A DNA stretch of 64,000 bases from an uncultured Rhabdochlamydiaceae bacterium (GCA_963712275.1 CAVQHD010000001.1:1664001-1728000); one strand, 5' to 3'; positions 19,879 to 30,170 are shown, counted from the first letter of the stretch. Notes: generated by a model not told the origin, from the sequence alone. Numbers and translations: made by a program.

Positions 19879-20568
19879 TGCCACCCGTAGTTTCGTCAGA
19901 GGACCCATAGAACTTAAGAGATCGGTAATGGAGTCCCATGTAGGACCCGACAGGGTTGGATCATCGTCATAAAACATCCACTGATGATGAACGAAGACCA
20001 CGGTCCGATCTCGAACAATTTTCTCGAAATCAAGATAGGTCAGCGTGTAGCACTGAATTGACTCCTTCAAGGCCCGCTTTAAGATCTCCTGAAGCGCTTT
20101 GGCAAAATAATCCCTTCTAAAAAGAAATGTCCCTATTGGCTGTTTGAGCAGAAGTTTTTCAGCCTCGTCCCGATTGATGTCAACCCACGCTTCTTTAAGA
20201 ATCGAGTTTTGTTCTTCCAGCTCCAAAGGCAATTGCCAATGAAGGTGTGCAAGCTGCTCTAACCGCTCAATCTCAGGAAACGCTTTCTTTAAGATCTCCG
20301 CCATCTCTTGAAGGTGCAGCTCTGCTTTTTGAGATAGGTCATCTTTTGCCTTCCATGAGACCTTGGACTGATCGATATCGAGCAGTAGAGTTAAGGTTGT
20401 CAGCTGGCTGGAATCAGGAGCTGTATAAAAAATTTCCCCTGTCTCTCGATCGCAGAAAAAGTCAATGCTCTTTTGATGTTCATTTGTCACATGAAGAGCC
20501 TGAAATGCCTCTAGGATAGATAAGATGTTTCGACGAACCAGTGGATTTTGAATAACCCATGAGCGCAT
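19855..20568 (-). CDS. SH2-domain-containing protein (putative effector)
   Basis: WVDINRDEAEKLLLKQPIGTFLFRRD...YTLTY matches the SH2 alphaA/betaB consensus. Confidence 0.72.
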   Translation of the reverse strand: MRSWVIQNPLVRRNILSILEAFQALHVTNEHQKSIDFFCDRETGEIFYTAPDSSQLTTLTLLLDIDQSKVSWKAKDDLSQKAELHLQEMAEILKKAFPEIERLEQLAHLHWQLPLELEEQNSILKEAWVDINRDEAEKLLLKQPIGTFLFRRDYFAKALQEILKRALKESIQCYTLTYLDFEKIVRDRTVVFVHHQWMFYDDDPTLSGPTWDSITDLLSSMGPLTKLRVASLPLSQE

Positions 20569-20620
20569 ATGATCTCCCTCCCCTACCCTTATTTACAAAA
20601 CAAATTAATTAATTTCTACC

Positions 20621-20723
20621 AGGGAGTGTCCTCAAACTCAGGTTTCGTCGATTTTCGGAGAATTTTTGGCCTGGTTCAAAAAGTCCCGAAAATCGACGAA
20701 ACCTGAGTTTGAGGACACTCTCT
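20621..20723. mobile_element. Palindromic MITE at 3' end of proC
   Basis: Perfect 35-bp IR (20624-20658 / 20686-20720); shares internal sequence with 31085-31322. Confidence 0.88.
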
Positions 20724-21456
20724 AAAGTTCGCGGGCTTTTAAAAAGGTGGCTTGGAAAGTATTCATCAAAAGAGCTCTGATTCCCCCTTCCTCAAGTGCT
20801 TTAAGACCTGAAATCGTTGTTCCTCCGGGAGAGGCCACTTTCCATTTAAGCTCCGTTGGACAGCTCCCCGTCTCTCTTAAAAGCTTAACAGCTCCTTCAA
20901 TGGTTTTAAGCACAAGCTCTTGCGATTCTGCTTGTGTAAACCCTAAAAAAATGCCGCTGTCAATCATTGCTTCGATAAGCACAAAGACAAAGGCAGGCCC
21001 TGATCCAGCTAGTGCTGAAAGACCTTCTAGCTTATCCTCCGAGAGCCAAAGGAGAAGACCCAATCCTTGACACAGCGCGCTCACCTGCTCTTTTGTTTCA
21101 AGAGATAGCTCCGCTGTTTTAGCAAGACCCACAACTCCCTCCCCACAGATAAGGGGCAGATTAGGCATTGCCCGAACAAGGATCGGTTTGGGAAAATAGT
21201 CTCGAAGAAGGGCAACAGGCGTCCCGGCTAAGATACTTATCACAATTTGATGGGGTTGAAAAAGAGAGCCTATTTCTTTTACAAGCGTCTTCAGATCTTT
21301 AGGCTTAACAGCTAAAACGATAACATCGGCTTTCTGAACAGCTTCGCTCTTTGAACTATTTCTGTCGCATAAAATAACAGAGTGGCTCTTTGAAAAATGA
21401 CGCGCAAGCGCGCTTCCCATGACCCCGCAGCCAATGACAGCTATTTGCATATTCAC
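20722..21456 (-). CDS. proC: Pyrroline-5-carboxylate reductase
   Basis: IGCGVMG, LAVKP, RAMPN, ALAGSGPA, VASPGGTT. Confidence 0.93.
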   Translation of the reverse strand: MNMQIAVIGCGVMGSALARHFSKSHSVILCDRNSSKSEAVQKADVIVLAVKPKDLKTLVKEIGSLFQPHQIVISILAGTPVALLRDYFPKPILVRAMPNLPLICGEGVVGLAKTAELSLETKEQVSALCQGLGLLLWLSEDKLEGLSALAGSGPAFVFVLIEAMIDSGIFLGFTQAESQELVLKTIEGAVKLLRETGSCPTELKWKVASPGGTTISGLKALEEGGIRALLMNTFQATFLKAREL

Positions 21457-21491
21457 CTTAATCCTGTAATATAACTTAAAGGAGTTTATCT

Positions 21492-22112
21492 ATGGAAGAA
21501 AGAGATGCCTTATCCCCCGAAATTCGGGCGCACCGACACCCCGCTTATCCCATTTCCCCTTTTATTTTGAATCGATGGTCTCCACGAGCCATGTCAGGAG
21601 AGCCCATCTCCCAAGATGAGCTATTCACGTTATTCGAAGCGGCGCGCTACGCCCCTTCTTCTTACAATAACCAGCCTTGGATTTTCATTTATGGAATGCA
21701 AGGAACCCCCGCCTGGAAAACGCTTCTGCATCTGCAAGTCCCTTTCAATCAAGCGTGGACAAAAAATAGCAGCGCGCTTGTTTTAATTGCCTCCTACAAT
21801 CTCTTTTATCTGAATGGAAAACCCTCAAACACACATAGTTTTGATACAGGGGCTGCATGGATGGCCCTGGCACTTGAAGGACACAGTAGAGGCCTTGTCG
21901 TTCATGGCATGTCGGGATTTAACTATGAAGAAGCTCAAAAGCAGCTTCAAATCCCTCAAGACCATACCGTAGAGGCTATGGTTGCGATTGGAAAACCAGG
22001 ACCGCTCAGCAGCCTGCCTCCTGAAATTCAGGCAAAAGAAACCCCGAGTGAGCGGCGGCCGCTAAAAGACTTTGTCATGGAAGGCTTCTTTAGAAAGATC
22101 GAGCAAGCATAA
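21492..22112 (+). CDS. Nitroreductase family protein
   Basis: RWSPRAM, APSSYNNQPW, FDTGAA, HGMSGF. Confidence 0.9.
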   Translation: MEERDALSPEIRAHRHPAYPISPFILNRWSPRAMSGEPISQDELFTLFEAARYAPSSYNNQPWIFIYGMQGTPAWKTLLHLQVPFNQAWTKNSSALVLIASYNLFYLNGKPSNTHSFDTGAAWMALALEGHSRGLVVHGMSGFNYEEAQKQLQIPQDHTVEAMVAIGKPGPLSSLPPEIQAKETPSERRPLKDFVMEGFFRKIEQA

Positions 22113-22124
22113 AGCTTGCTCGAT
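22098..22124. terminator. Hairpin between convergent nitroreductase and small basic gene
   Basis: ATCGAGCAAGC-ataaa-GCTTGCTCGAT perfect 11-bp stem. Confidence 0.6.
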
Positions 22125-22145
22125 TCAGTAAAAAGAGCGCTTAGT

Positions 22146-22241
22146 TTATCGAGCTGCTCTTTTTGATCGACGTGCAGTTGTACGTCTTTTTCCTCTTTTC
22201 GCAGTTGCTTTGCGAGAAGATTTACGTGCTTTCTTAGCCAT
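22146..22241 (-). CDS. 31-aa Arg/Lys-rich protamine/histone-like peptide (not in ORF track)
   Basis: MAKKARKSSRKATAKRGKRRTTARRSKRAAR*; AAGGAG RBS; own promoter. Confidence 0.75.
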   Translation of the reverse strand: MAKKARKSSRKATAKRGKRRTTARRSKRAAR

Positions 22242-22326
22242 TGTGTACTCCTTAAATTAATTCCGTAGGCTTAGTTTAAAAAACCCGTCAGGGTCTTAAA
22301 ACACCTGTCTATTCCCTACAATTTTC

Positions 22327-22355
22327 AGTATAATAAAAAAAATTTTAATTTGCAA
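22327..22355 (-). promoter_or_regulatory. Sigma70-type promoter for the 31-aa basic peptide
   Basis: TTGCAA-17bp-TATACT on minus strand. Confidence 0.6.
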
Positions 22356-22396
22356 ATTTTTTTATTTTCTATAAAAAAATAAAGGCAAGGAGAAAT

Positions 22397-22426
22397 AAAA
22401 AGGGGCTGTTAATACAGCCCCTTTTT
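22397..22426. terminator. Rho-independent terminator
   Basis: AAAAAGGGGCTGT-taat-ACAGCCCCTTTTT, stem with U-tracts in both directions, just after the 23-aa gene. Confidence 0.8.
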
Positions 22427-22451
22427 GTTCTTCTGAACTCAGAAAAAAATT

Positions 22452-22523
22452 CTACCAGCAACGGCAAGAGCTCATTTTTCGTTTAGTTGTTTTGCGTTTT
22501 TTCTTAGCTTTTTTCTTTGCCAT
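22452..22523 (-). CDS. 23-aa Lys-rich peptide with C-terminal CRCW (not in ORF track)
   Basis: MAKKKAKKKRKTTKRKMSSCRCW*; AGAGGA RBS; own promoter and terminator. Confidence 0.7.
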   Translation of the reverse strand: MAKKKAKKKRKTTKRKMSSCRCW

Positions 22524-22561
22524 AATTTCCTCTTTGTTTAAAGGGTTTCCCCATAATTTGC

Positions 22562-22590
22562 ATTATAACTTATAAAATAATAATTTACAA
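22562..22590 (-). promoter_or_regulatory. Sigma70-type promoter for the 23-aa basic peptide
   Basis: TTGTAA-17bp-TATAAT on minus strand. Confidence 0.65.
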
Positions 22591-22644
22591 ACTAAACAAA
22601 AAAAGCTTTGGTATTAGTGGCCTGTCGTATAGCATGTTAAGGAT

Positions 22645-22989
22645 ATGTCTATCTTGGCGCTTTACCTTATCCTTTACCCTCTTGCCTCCGCTCAGGCACC
22701 CTCCACAATTGAAGCAGCAAAGCCTCATGTCTACTCTATTGCGCTTTATTATTCCCCTCGCTGCCCTTACTCCAAAAAAGTGCTCGATTATCTCAACCAA
22801 GCACACCTTTCAATCCCTTTAAAAAATGTGACAATCGACCCTCAAGCAAAAGAAGAATTGAAAAGTGTCGGTGGTTTTCTAACTGTCCCTTGCCTTATTG
22901 TCGATGGAAATCCGATTTACGAAGTAAGCAACATCATTGATTGGCTCTCTACCCATCAGGAAGAGCTGGAAAAAAGATTCCGTTTATGA
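22645..22989 (+). CDS. Glutaredoxin-like protein with putative signal peptide
   Basis: CPYS active-site motif, TVPCL..DG; hydrophobic N-terminus ending ASA. Confidence 0.8.
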   Translation: MSILALYLILYPLASAQAPSTIEAAKPHVYSIALYYSPRCPYSKKVLDYLNQAHLSIPLKNVTIDPQAKEELKSVGGFLTVPCLIVDGNPIYEVSNIIDWLSTHQEELEKRFRL

Positions 22990-24398
22990 TAACTAAACCC
23001 AAACGAGTACTTTCTATCTTCCTACTGGCCATGCTCAATGTTTCTGTGATGGCTAGCCTACGAAATCTTCCTCTTGTATCAGAATATGGGCTGAGCGCTA
23101 TCTTTTACTTTCTGGTTGTCGCGCTGACGTTCTTGGTGCCTTGCGCTCTCATCTCAGCTGAGCTGGCAACAGGATGGCCTAAATCAGGAGGAGTTTATGT
23201 GTGGGTTAGGGAAGCTCTAGGAGAGCGATGGGGATTTTTTTCTGTTTGGGTTCAATGGGCGCACAACCTTGCCTGGTATCCTGTCATCTTATCTTTTGTC
23301 GCAACCTCGGTTGCCTATGTGATTAACCCGGCCCTTGCAGAAAACAAGTATTATATCCTTACCATCGTGCTTCTTTCATTTTGGTCTATGACTCTCTTAA
23401 ACTATTTAGGAATACGCGCCTCAAGCTGGTTTTCAACCTTGGGAGTGATTGTAGGGACAATTTTTCCTGGCGCGCTCATCATCTTTTTAGGAGCTTCATG
23501 GCTAATCACAGGAAATTCGGCCCAAATCTCCTTCAACTGGGAATCGATCATCCCAGCACCTAGCAACCTGAATAACCTAGTCTTTCTTGCGGGGATGTTT
23601 CTTGCTTTTGCCGGACTCGAAGTGACAGCTGCTCATGCGGGGCAAGTTGAAAATCCTAAAAAAAATTACCCTCGGGCAATTTTACTCGCTTCCGTCATCA
23701 CTTTTCTCCTCTTTATGCTCGGCTCGCTCTCGATCGCACTTGTCATCCCTAAATCAGAGATCAGCCTTGTCGCAGGCCTGATTGAAGCGTTTGGTCGTTT
23801 TTTTACCGTTTATCATTTGCAGCCCATTCTTCCTTTGATGGCAATTCTTCTCACAATAGGTGCGGTTGCAGAAGTCAATGCCTGGATCATTGGACCTATT
23901 AAAGGCCTTTATGCGACGACCTCTCATGGAGAACTTCCGCCACTTTTCCAAAAAGTCAATAAAAAAGGGGTTCCCACGAATCTTCTCCTTTTTCAAGCGA
24001 TCATCGTCACCTTTTCGTCCTTTGTTTTCCTTCAGATGCCGACCATTAGCTCTTCATATTGGATCTTGAGCGCCCTTTCAGCTCAAAGCTACCTCATCAT
24101 GTACATTCTCATGTTTATCTCTGCCCTCAAACTCCGATATACCCAGCCTAAAGTCCCCCGTCCGTACCAAGTCCCTTACGGGAAAAGGGGAATTTGGATA
24201 GCTGTTATTCTCGGGATTGCTTCCTCTCTCTTTGCAATTACCATTGGGTTTGTCCCACCTGGGCAGTTAAAAACAGGAAGCCTATTCTTCTATGAACTCT
24301 TCTTAATCGCAGGGCTTCTCATCATGTGCGGGATTCCCCTTGTGATTCATAAATTTAAAAAGCCGTCGTGGAAAAAACCTCTCTCACAAGATGAATAA
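22986..24398 (+). CDS. APC-family amino acid permease (GadC/YjeM-like)
   Basis: ALISAELATGWPKSGGVYVWV, FAGLE, ENPKKNYPRA, LRYTQPKVPRPY; about 12 TM. Confidence 0.9.
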   Translation: MITKPKRVLSIFLLAMLNVSVMASLRNLPLVSEYGLSAIFYFLVVALTFLVPCALISAELATGWPKSGGVYVWVREALGERWGFFSVWVQWAHNLAWYPVILSFVATSVAYVINPALAENKYYILTIVLLSFWSMTLLNYLGIRASSWFSTLGVIVGTIFPGALIIFLGASWLITGNSAQISFNWESIIPAPSNLNNLVFLAGMFLAFAGLEVTAAHAGQVENPKKNYPRAILLASVITFLLFMLGSLSIALVIPKSEISLVAGLIEAFGRFFTVYHLQPILPLMAILLTIGAVAEVNAWIIGPIKGLYATTSHGELPPLFQKVNKKGVPTNLLLFQAIIVTFSSFVFLQMPTISSSYWILSALSAQSYLIMYILMFISALKLRYTQPKVPRPYQVPYGKRGIWIAVILGIASSLFAITIGFVPPGQLKTGSLFFYELFLIAGLLIMCGIPLVIHKFKKPSWKKPLSQDE

Positions 24399-25668
24399 AC
24401 CTCTTGCACAGCAGCTCAGACCCCAATCTCTAGAGGAAGTTGCAGGACAGGGCCACCTGATTCACGCAGATGGGTTTTTGGCTCATCTGATCCAAGAGAA
24501 ACGTCCTCTCTCCCTTCTTTTATGGGGGCCTCCTGGCTGCGGCAAAACAACGCTAGCCCAACTCTATGCCAAGGCCCTTGACGCTCAGTTTCACGCGATC
24601 AGCCCCCTAACACAAGGGGTCTCCGATTTGAAGGAGATCATCGATCAACATAAGAAACACCCACTTCTTCAGCGCCATCTGATTATTTTTGTCGATGAAA
24701 TCCACCGTTTTAATAAAGCACAGCAAGACCTTTTCCTCCCCTACCTTGAAAATGGAACCCTCATCCTCATTGGAGCGACCACTGAAAACCCTTCCTTTGC
24801 CTTAAATAAAGCACTTTTGTCCCGCTTAAGGGTCCTGCAGCTGAAAGCACTGACCGATGAAGAGCTAGGCAAGGTGCTCGAAAGATGTCAGCAAAAAACC
24901 AAAAGGCTTCTCCTAACCCCCGATGCGAGAGGACAGATCATCCAAATGGCCCAAGGAGATGCAAGGCACCTTCTCAATCTTGTTGAAAACCTGCAAGGCG
25001 CTGAAGGAGAGATCAATGGAGAGAGGCTGCAGCAGCTCGCGCAGCAAAGATCAGCTCTTTACGACCCTCATGACGACGCCCACCATCAACTGATCTCTGC
25101 CCTCCACAAAAGCGTTCGAGGATCGGACCCAAGTGCCGCCCTTTACTGGCTCTCTCGCATGCTCGAAGGAGGTCAGTCGCCAGCTTTTCTAGGCAGACGG
25201 ATTGTCCGGATGGCAGTCGAAGATGTAGGCCTTGCCGATCCAACAGCTCTTCAGGTCGCCCTTCATGCTTGGCAAGCCTACGACCAACTCGGATCACCTG
25301 AAGGGGATCTAGCGCTGGCACAAGCGATTATCTACCTCGCGCTCGCTCCTAAAAGCAATGCCAGCTATACCGCCTTTGGCCAGGCGCAGCAGCTAGCAAA
25401 GCAAACCACCCACTACCCTCCCCCGCCTTGGATTATCAACGCTCCCACTCCCCTCATGAAAGATCTAGGCTATGGAAAAGGATACCAGTACGACCACGAC
25501 CTGAAAGATGGCTTTTCAGGGCAAAACTATTTCCCAGAAGGGATCGATCCGCCCTCTTTCTATCATCCAGTTGAGCGAGGATTTGAGCGGGAAATGAAAA
25601 AACGACTCGATTATTTCAGACAGCTTCGAAAGAAAAAAGAAGACCCCTCTATGGATTGTGGAAACTAA
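24391..25668 (+). CDS. rarA: Replication-associated recombination protein A (MgsA)
   Basis: PLAQQLRP, GPPGCGKTT, DEIHRFNKAQQD, ISALHKSVRGSD, GYQYDHD. Confidence 0.95.
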   Translation: MNKPLAQQLRPQSLEEVAGQGHLIHADGFLAHLIQEKRPLSLLLWGPPGCGKTTLAQLYAKALDAQFHAISPLTQGVSDLKEIIDQHKKHPLLQRHLIIFVDEIHRFNKAQQDLFLPYLENGTLILIGATTENPSFALNKALLSRLRVLQLKALTDEELGKVLERCQQKTKRLLLTPDARGQIIQMAQGDARHLLNLVENLQGAEGEINGERLQQLAQQRSALYDPHDDAHHQLISALHKSVRGSDPSAALYWLSRMLEGGQSPAFLGRRIVRMAVEDVGLADPTALQVALHAWQAYDQLGSPEGDLALAQAIIYLALAPKSNASYTAFGQAQQLAKQTTHYPPPPWIINAPTPLMKDLGYGKGYQYDHDLKDGFSGQNYFPEGIDPPSFYHPVERGFEREMKKRLDYFRQLRKKKEDPSMDCGN

Positions 25669-25966
25669 GGACACACGTGTCATAGCCATCAACGCATAGA
25701 GGGGAGAGAAGTTAATTTTGACTTAAGCTCCAGGGATCGGCTTTTGTGCATGACACAAAGATGCCGGTCGAGACCTCTTTTAGAGGATATGGTACCTTAA
25801 GTTTTGACGCTTAAAAACCAGTTTAAGCAATCAACTTTAACTTCTTTAAAACCCGTCCCCATCTTCAATTTAAAACTTAACAATTAATTTTACAAGCATT
25901 TTCTTTAAGAGTGACAAAAAATCTCTTCGCAGGTATCATATTCTCATTACATTTTAGGAAAATTCA

Positions 25967-26920
25967 ATGTCTGTAAAAGCCATTAGCAGAACCTTTGTCA
26001 ACTTTTACATGTCGATTGAGGGGGAAACCCTCCAAGAAAAAGTATCCCATGTTGCCAAAGGCGCCCTCTACCTTGCAGCCTATGGAGGAGTAGGTCATGC
26101 CCTCTACAAAATCCTTCCTCATCAGATGACAATATGGACTTACCACCCTACCTTATGGACCTTACCGCCTTATTTGTTTGTCTCTCTACATTCATGCCGT
26201 GTGAGTAATGTGGGACGGATGATTGCCTGTTTTTATTCTCAAGATGATTGCAGAAAAGCCGTTCAATCCTTTCTAAGCGCCTCCTCCCGAGGAGAAAAAT
26301 TTGTGGCCTTTTGTCGGGCTTATTATACAATAAGAATAATTTGTCACGAAGTTAGGACTATTCTTGCCCTCCATTTTCCCCGCGCAAAAAATACCTCGGT
26401 ATCTCTACCAAAACCCAATGAATCAAAATCCCTATCAAAAATAGAACGAGTCTGTGAGGCCCTCTTTAACACGGCGCTCACCGCTGGAGTGGTTGTTCTT
26501 CAATTGAAATTTAATTCCGACTATTATACCCGTCTAGGACTTGCTGGAGGATTTGCCATCGGAGCTTGGTATAAGGCTTCAATCTTTGGTGCATTCCATC
26601 GTGAACTAAAAAATTTTAGGTATAAGTTCGGAACAGAATCTCTTGTAGACCTTGAAAAAATCTTTAAAAGCCTTGACAGGGTTTCTGGATTTCAAAAGGG
26701 TGCTTTTTATACCTCTCGTACAACCTCACAACGATGCCGTCAGCTCTGGGCATCTTGGGACCGTCTTGCCTCTGCAGTTGCAGGTGACCCTATTGCACCG
26801 TTTTTCCAAGGCCAAATCATCGCCTCTTATTACAACGATCTTATCACCTTATACCAAGAATCAAGGGATAAGAGTCTGTCAGGCTGGGATCCCCGTAAAA
26901 CTGAATGGGACCAGTATTGA
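25967..26920 (+). CDS. Hypothetical protein (lineage-specific, some hydrophobic segments)
   Basis: 317-aa ORF with AGGA RBS; no recognisable motif; 3' end overlaps pfp by 77 bp. Confidence 0.55.
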   Translation: MSVKAISRTFVNFYMSIEGETLQEKVSHVAKGALYLAAYGGVGHALYKILPHQMTIWTYHPTLWTLPPYLFVSLHSCRVSNVGRMIACFYSQDDCRKAVQSFLSASSRGEKFVAFCRAYYTIRIICHEVRTILALHFPRAKNTSVSLPKPNESKSLSKIERVCEALFNTALTAGVVVLQLKFNSDYYTRLGLAGGFAIGAWYKASIFGAFHRELKNFRYKFGTESLVDLEKIFKSLDRVSGFQKGAFYTSRTTSQRCRQLWASWDRLASAVAGDPIAPFFQGQIIASYYNDLITLYQESRDKSLSGWDPRKTEWDQY

Positions 26921-28391
26921 TGTAGTTGCAATGCCACATCCAATCAGTTCGATGCTTAGCGAGCTTTTGAAAGGGAGCGCCGTTTAGATCGACAACCGCT
27001 TTATCAATGACAGGTTTAAGAGCACCACTCCTGGTGGAGAGTTTGAGAAGAGATGGGAGCGGCACCCCTCCAAATGTCCATTCAGAGGGAGGAAGGTGAA
27101 GCCCTTTCACATAGGCCATCTGAGCTGTCTGCCGATGCACCGCAAGGAGTGCTGCCGTGCATCCAAGCGCATAACTATAGTTCGCATCGAAGTTCGAGGG
27201 ATGACCGCACCGCCCCTCATATCCATAAAAATGGGCAAGCGGCTGGAATACCCCTTCAAACCGGTTCTTTTTAAGCTGTTTTTGCACCGCTTCCATCAGA
27301 AGAAGTTCTGTTTCAATCGCCGATAAGTTGACATTTCCATGCGGATCTTTATCGATAAGAAGCTGCTTCTGAATTCTCTCAGGAAGTTGATGCCAGGTGG
27401 ACGCAAGCGGCTCCGGAAACTCCTCAGGAGATGTCTTAGCCACCGCTTGAAACAGAGGAGCTAGATCCGGCATCGTCTCTAAAAGCCCTTCAGGCACCAA
27501 GACAATCCCATAGGGCATCTTTTGCACGGTGCGCATCTGAACCCACCGGGTCAGCTCTTCAACCACCATCTTAAACGATTTCCGCTCTTCGGAAATGAGG
27601 GTGATATTCGACTGGGTTTTAAGAGCGCATTCAAGCGTCAGATGAGAGGCTGATCTTCCCATGAGTTTGACAAAGTGAAAATACTTGAGGGAAGACAACG
27701 TGTCTTGGGCAAGATTTCCAATCATTTCAGAGTAAATTTTAGAGGCTGTGTCAAAACCAAAAGAGATCGGCACATACGGATTTTGGATATCTCCATCGAT
27801 TGTTTTGGGAACCCCAATCACACAGGTTGCCGATTTTTCTTTGAGAAAATATTCAGCAAGATGGGCAGCGTTGGTATTGGAATCGTCCCCTCCGATAATG
27901 ATAAGGCCGCTCAGCTTAAGCTTGGAGACCACAGCTAAAACAGCTTGAAATTGATCCGGCGTCTCGATTTTGGTTCTTCCTGAGCCGAGCAGATCAAATC
28001 CTCCTTGGTTGCGGTAGGCCTTTAGCTTAGCTGCATCCAGCGGAATGTAGGAGCCCGAGACAATCGCTCCAGGTCCTCCTAAAAAACCGATCAGTGAAGA
28101 GTTTCTTGTCATTTGACATAGCGTATCAAAAATCCCTGCGACGACATTATGCCCTCCAGGTGCAGGCCCGCCGGAGAAGACAACTCCTATTTTTGAAGGA
28201 GCTGTTTCTGAAGAGATGCGGCTTTCAATACCTTGGATGACACAAGATATTGATGTGAGAGGAAAGAGTGAGGTGATTTCTGCTGGAGCTAAAAGAGTGT
28301 CGATCGTTTGGAAAGCCACCGACAGGGGGCGGCTCAAAAGAGAAGGGATCTTCGGCTGACACGATCGTCTCGCATCAGCAAGGGTTAACAT
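26844..28391 (-). CDS. pfp: Pyrophosphate-dependent phosphofructokinase
   Basis: SGGPAPGGHNV, GGDDSNTNAA (Asp of PPi type), PKTIDGD, KLMGRSASH, GYEGR. Confidence 0.93.
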   Translation of the reverse strand: MLTLADARRSCQPKIPSLLSRPLSVAFQTIDTLLAPAEITSLFPLTSISCVIQGIESRISSETAPSKIGVVFSGGPAPGGHNVVAGIFDTLCQMTRNSSLIGFLGGPGAIVSGSYIPLDAAKLKAYRNQGGFDLLGSGRTKIETPDQFQAVLAVVSKLKLSGLIIIGGDDSNTNAAHLAEYFLKEKSATCVIGVPKTIDGDIQNPYVPISFGFDTASKIYSEMIGNLAQDTLSSLKYFHFVKLMGRSASHLTLECALKTQSNITLISEERKSFKMVVEELTRWVQMRTVQKMPYGIVLVPEGLLETMPDLAPLFQAVAKTSPEEFPEPLASTWHQLPERIQKQLLIDKDPHGNVNLSAIETELLLMEAVQKQLKKNRFEGVFQPLAHFYGYEGRCGHPSNFDANYSYALGCTAALLAVHRQTAQMAYVKGLHLPPSEWTFGGVPLPSLLKLSTRSGALKPVIDKAVVDLNGAPFQKLAKHRTDWMWHCNYINTGPIQFYGDPSLTDSYPLILGIR

Positions 28392-29767
28392 TCTGGAACA
28401 CCCACAGAAACATGAATTGCAAGACCTGCCTCAGAGGTCTCTTTATAACTGCTCTTCATCTCTTCCCCTGTTTGTCGCATTGCTGCAATCACCTGATCAA
28501 GAGAGACACGGTGCACTCCATCCCCGCAAAGGGCGAGTTTAGAGGCATTAATAGCCTTCACAGCTCCCATGGTATTTCGTTCAATGCACGGAATTTGCAC
28601 AAGCCCTGCAATCGGATCGCAGGTCAGTCCTAAGTTATGCTCCATTCCAATTTCAGCCGCATTTTCAATCTGCTCATTCGTGCCGCCAAGCGCAGCTGTC
28701 AGGCCAGCTGCTGCCATTGAACAGGCAACCCCAATCTCTCCCTGGCAACCCATTTCAGCCGCCGATATGGAAGCCCCAAGCTTATAAAGGATTCCCATTG
28801 CAGAAGCCGTGAGCATAAATCGGATAATCCCTTCTTCAGAGGGGCTGGAGGTAAATTCAAGGTAATACCGAATGATCGAGGGAATCACACCCGCAGCTCC
28901 ATTCGTCGGAGCAGTCACAACTCGCCCGCCGGCAGCATTTTCTTCATTCACCGAGAGAGCAAAGAGGCTGACCCACTCCATGAATTCTGTTGGGTCATTG
29001 ACATTTCCTGCGCTTGTCAGTTTTCGATAGAGACCAGGAGCCCGACGTTTGACCTCCAGGCCGCCTGGCAAAACACCTTCTTGTAAAAATCCCCGTTCCA
29101 TTGAGTTATTCATGGTATCCCAAATGCGGAGGATCCCTTTTCGCACCTCTTTTTCAGGTCGAAGCGCTTTTTCATTTTCCATCACGACATCGTAAATCAT
29201 CATGCCTGTGCTCCGGCAATGCTGCAGAAGCTCTGCGCAGGTGCTAAAAGGGTAAGGCATCACATCGACAGTCTCAGAGGCCGCCCCGCGCCGAGCATGC
29301 TCATGCGGAACCACAAATCCCCCACCCACAGAATAATAGATTTGGTTGACAAGAAGCTTGCCCTCTTGATCCATCGCCTTAAAACGGATGGCATTGGAGT
29401 GGTAAGGAAGCCGTTTTCCTCGATGAAAGATCAGATCGCTCGAAGGGTCAAAATCGATTTGATAAAGGCTTAAGAGGTAAATCGTTTTTTCATTTTGAAT
29501 TCTCGCGACACGGTGGTCTACCAGATCAGGGTCGACATTTTCAGGGACCTCTCCCTCAAGGCCCAGCAAGACCGCCTTATCGGTTCCATGTCCAATCCCT
29601 GTCATCGCCAAGGACCCATAGAGCTCCACTGTCACCTTCCCGATATTTTCGAGCCCAAAGGTCTCCTGCAACGCCGTCGCAAACAGATGTGCGGCGCGCA
29701 TAGGACCTACCGTGTGGGAGCTCGAGGGACCGATTCCAATCGAAAACAGTTGAAAAAGACTGACCAT
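28385..29767 (-). CDS. sdaA: L-serine dehydratase (single-chain, Fe-S)
   Basis: [57 protein letters not shown]. Confidence 0.95.
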   Translation of the reverse strand: MVSLFQLFSIGIGPSSSHTVGPMRAAHLFATALQETFGLENIGKVTVELYGSLAMTGIGHGTDKAVLLGLEGEVPENVDPDLVDHRVARIQNEKTIYLLSLYQIDFDPSSDLIFHRGKRLPYHSNAIRFKAMDQEGKLLVNQIYYSVGGGFVVPHEHARRGAASETVDVMPYPFSTCAELLQHCRSTGMMIYDVVMENEKALRPEKEVRKGILRIWDTMNNSMERGFLQEGVLPGGLEVKRRAPGLYRKLTSAGNVNDPTEFMEWVSLFALSVNEENAAGGRVVTAPTNGAAGVIPSIIRYYLEFTSSPSEEGIIRFMLTASAMGILYKLGASISAAEMGCQGEIGVACSMAAAGLTAALGGTNEQIENAAEIGMEHNLGLTCDPIAGLVQIPCIERNTMGAVKAINASKLALCGDGVHRVSLDQVIAAMRQTGEEMKSSYKETSEAGLAIHVSVGVPEC

Positions 29768-29816
29768 ACACCACCCTTTCAAAAATTCAATAGCAATCCA
29801 TTACTCTCATTGTCCT

Positions 29817-30170
29817 CTATAAGAGCTTTTTCTTCAACTTATCTAAATCTTCCCGAACAAACTGAAGTTGTTGCTCCATGGAGCTCAATTTACTCATGGT
29901 GTTTTGGTATAACCCATTGACATCAATTTTTTTTGTTGCATCTTTTCCAGTCAAGATCGCCATAAAAATATGACTTGTAATTCCTACGACAACCATCATT
30001 TCACGAGCATAGGGAAGAGTTGCAGGCGTTGTATGAATACTCAAGCGAAATAAACCGACAGTAATAAGCGTGACTGCATGCGTCGTAATTTTTTGTGTTG
30101 TCGATGCATTTTCCCAGAAATTTACATAATAGCCGAATGTGGTTACAGCCCACTTGACTGGATTAAACAT
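29817..30170 (-). CDS. Small hypothetical Inc-like protein (2 TM plus coiled coil)
   Basis: Two hydrophobic segments followed by heptad-like C-terminus; coupled to upstream gene. Confidence 0.5.
   Translation of the reverse strand: MFNPVKWAVTTFGYYVNFWENASTTQKITTHAVTLITVGLFRLSIHTTPATLPYAREMMVVVGITSHIFMAILTGKDATKKIDVNGLYQNTMSKLSSMEQQLQFVREDLDKLKKKLL

Noticed and set aside
25670..25960. Possible ncRNA or element remnant downstream of rarA
   Set aside because: Only short weak stems; no recognisable RNA family, repeat partner or ORF.
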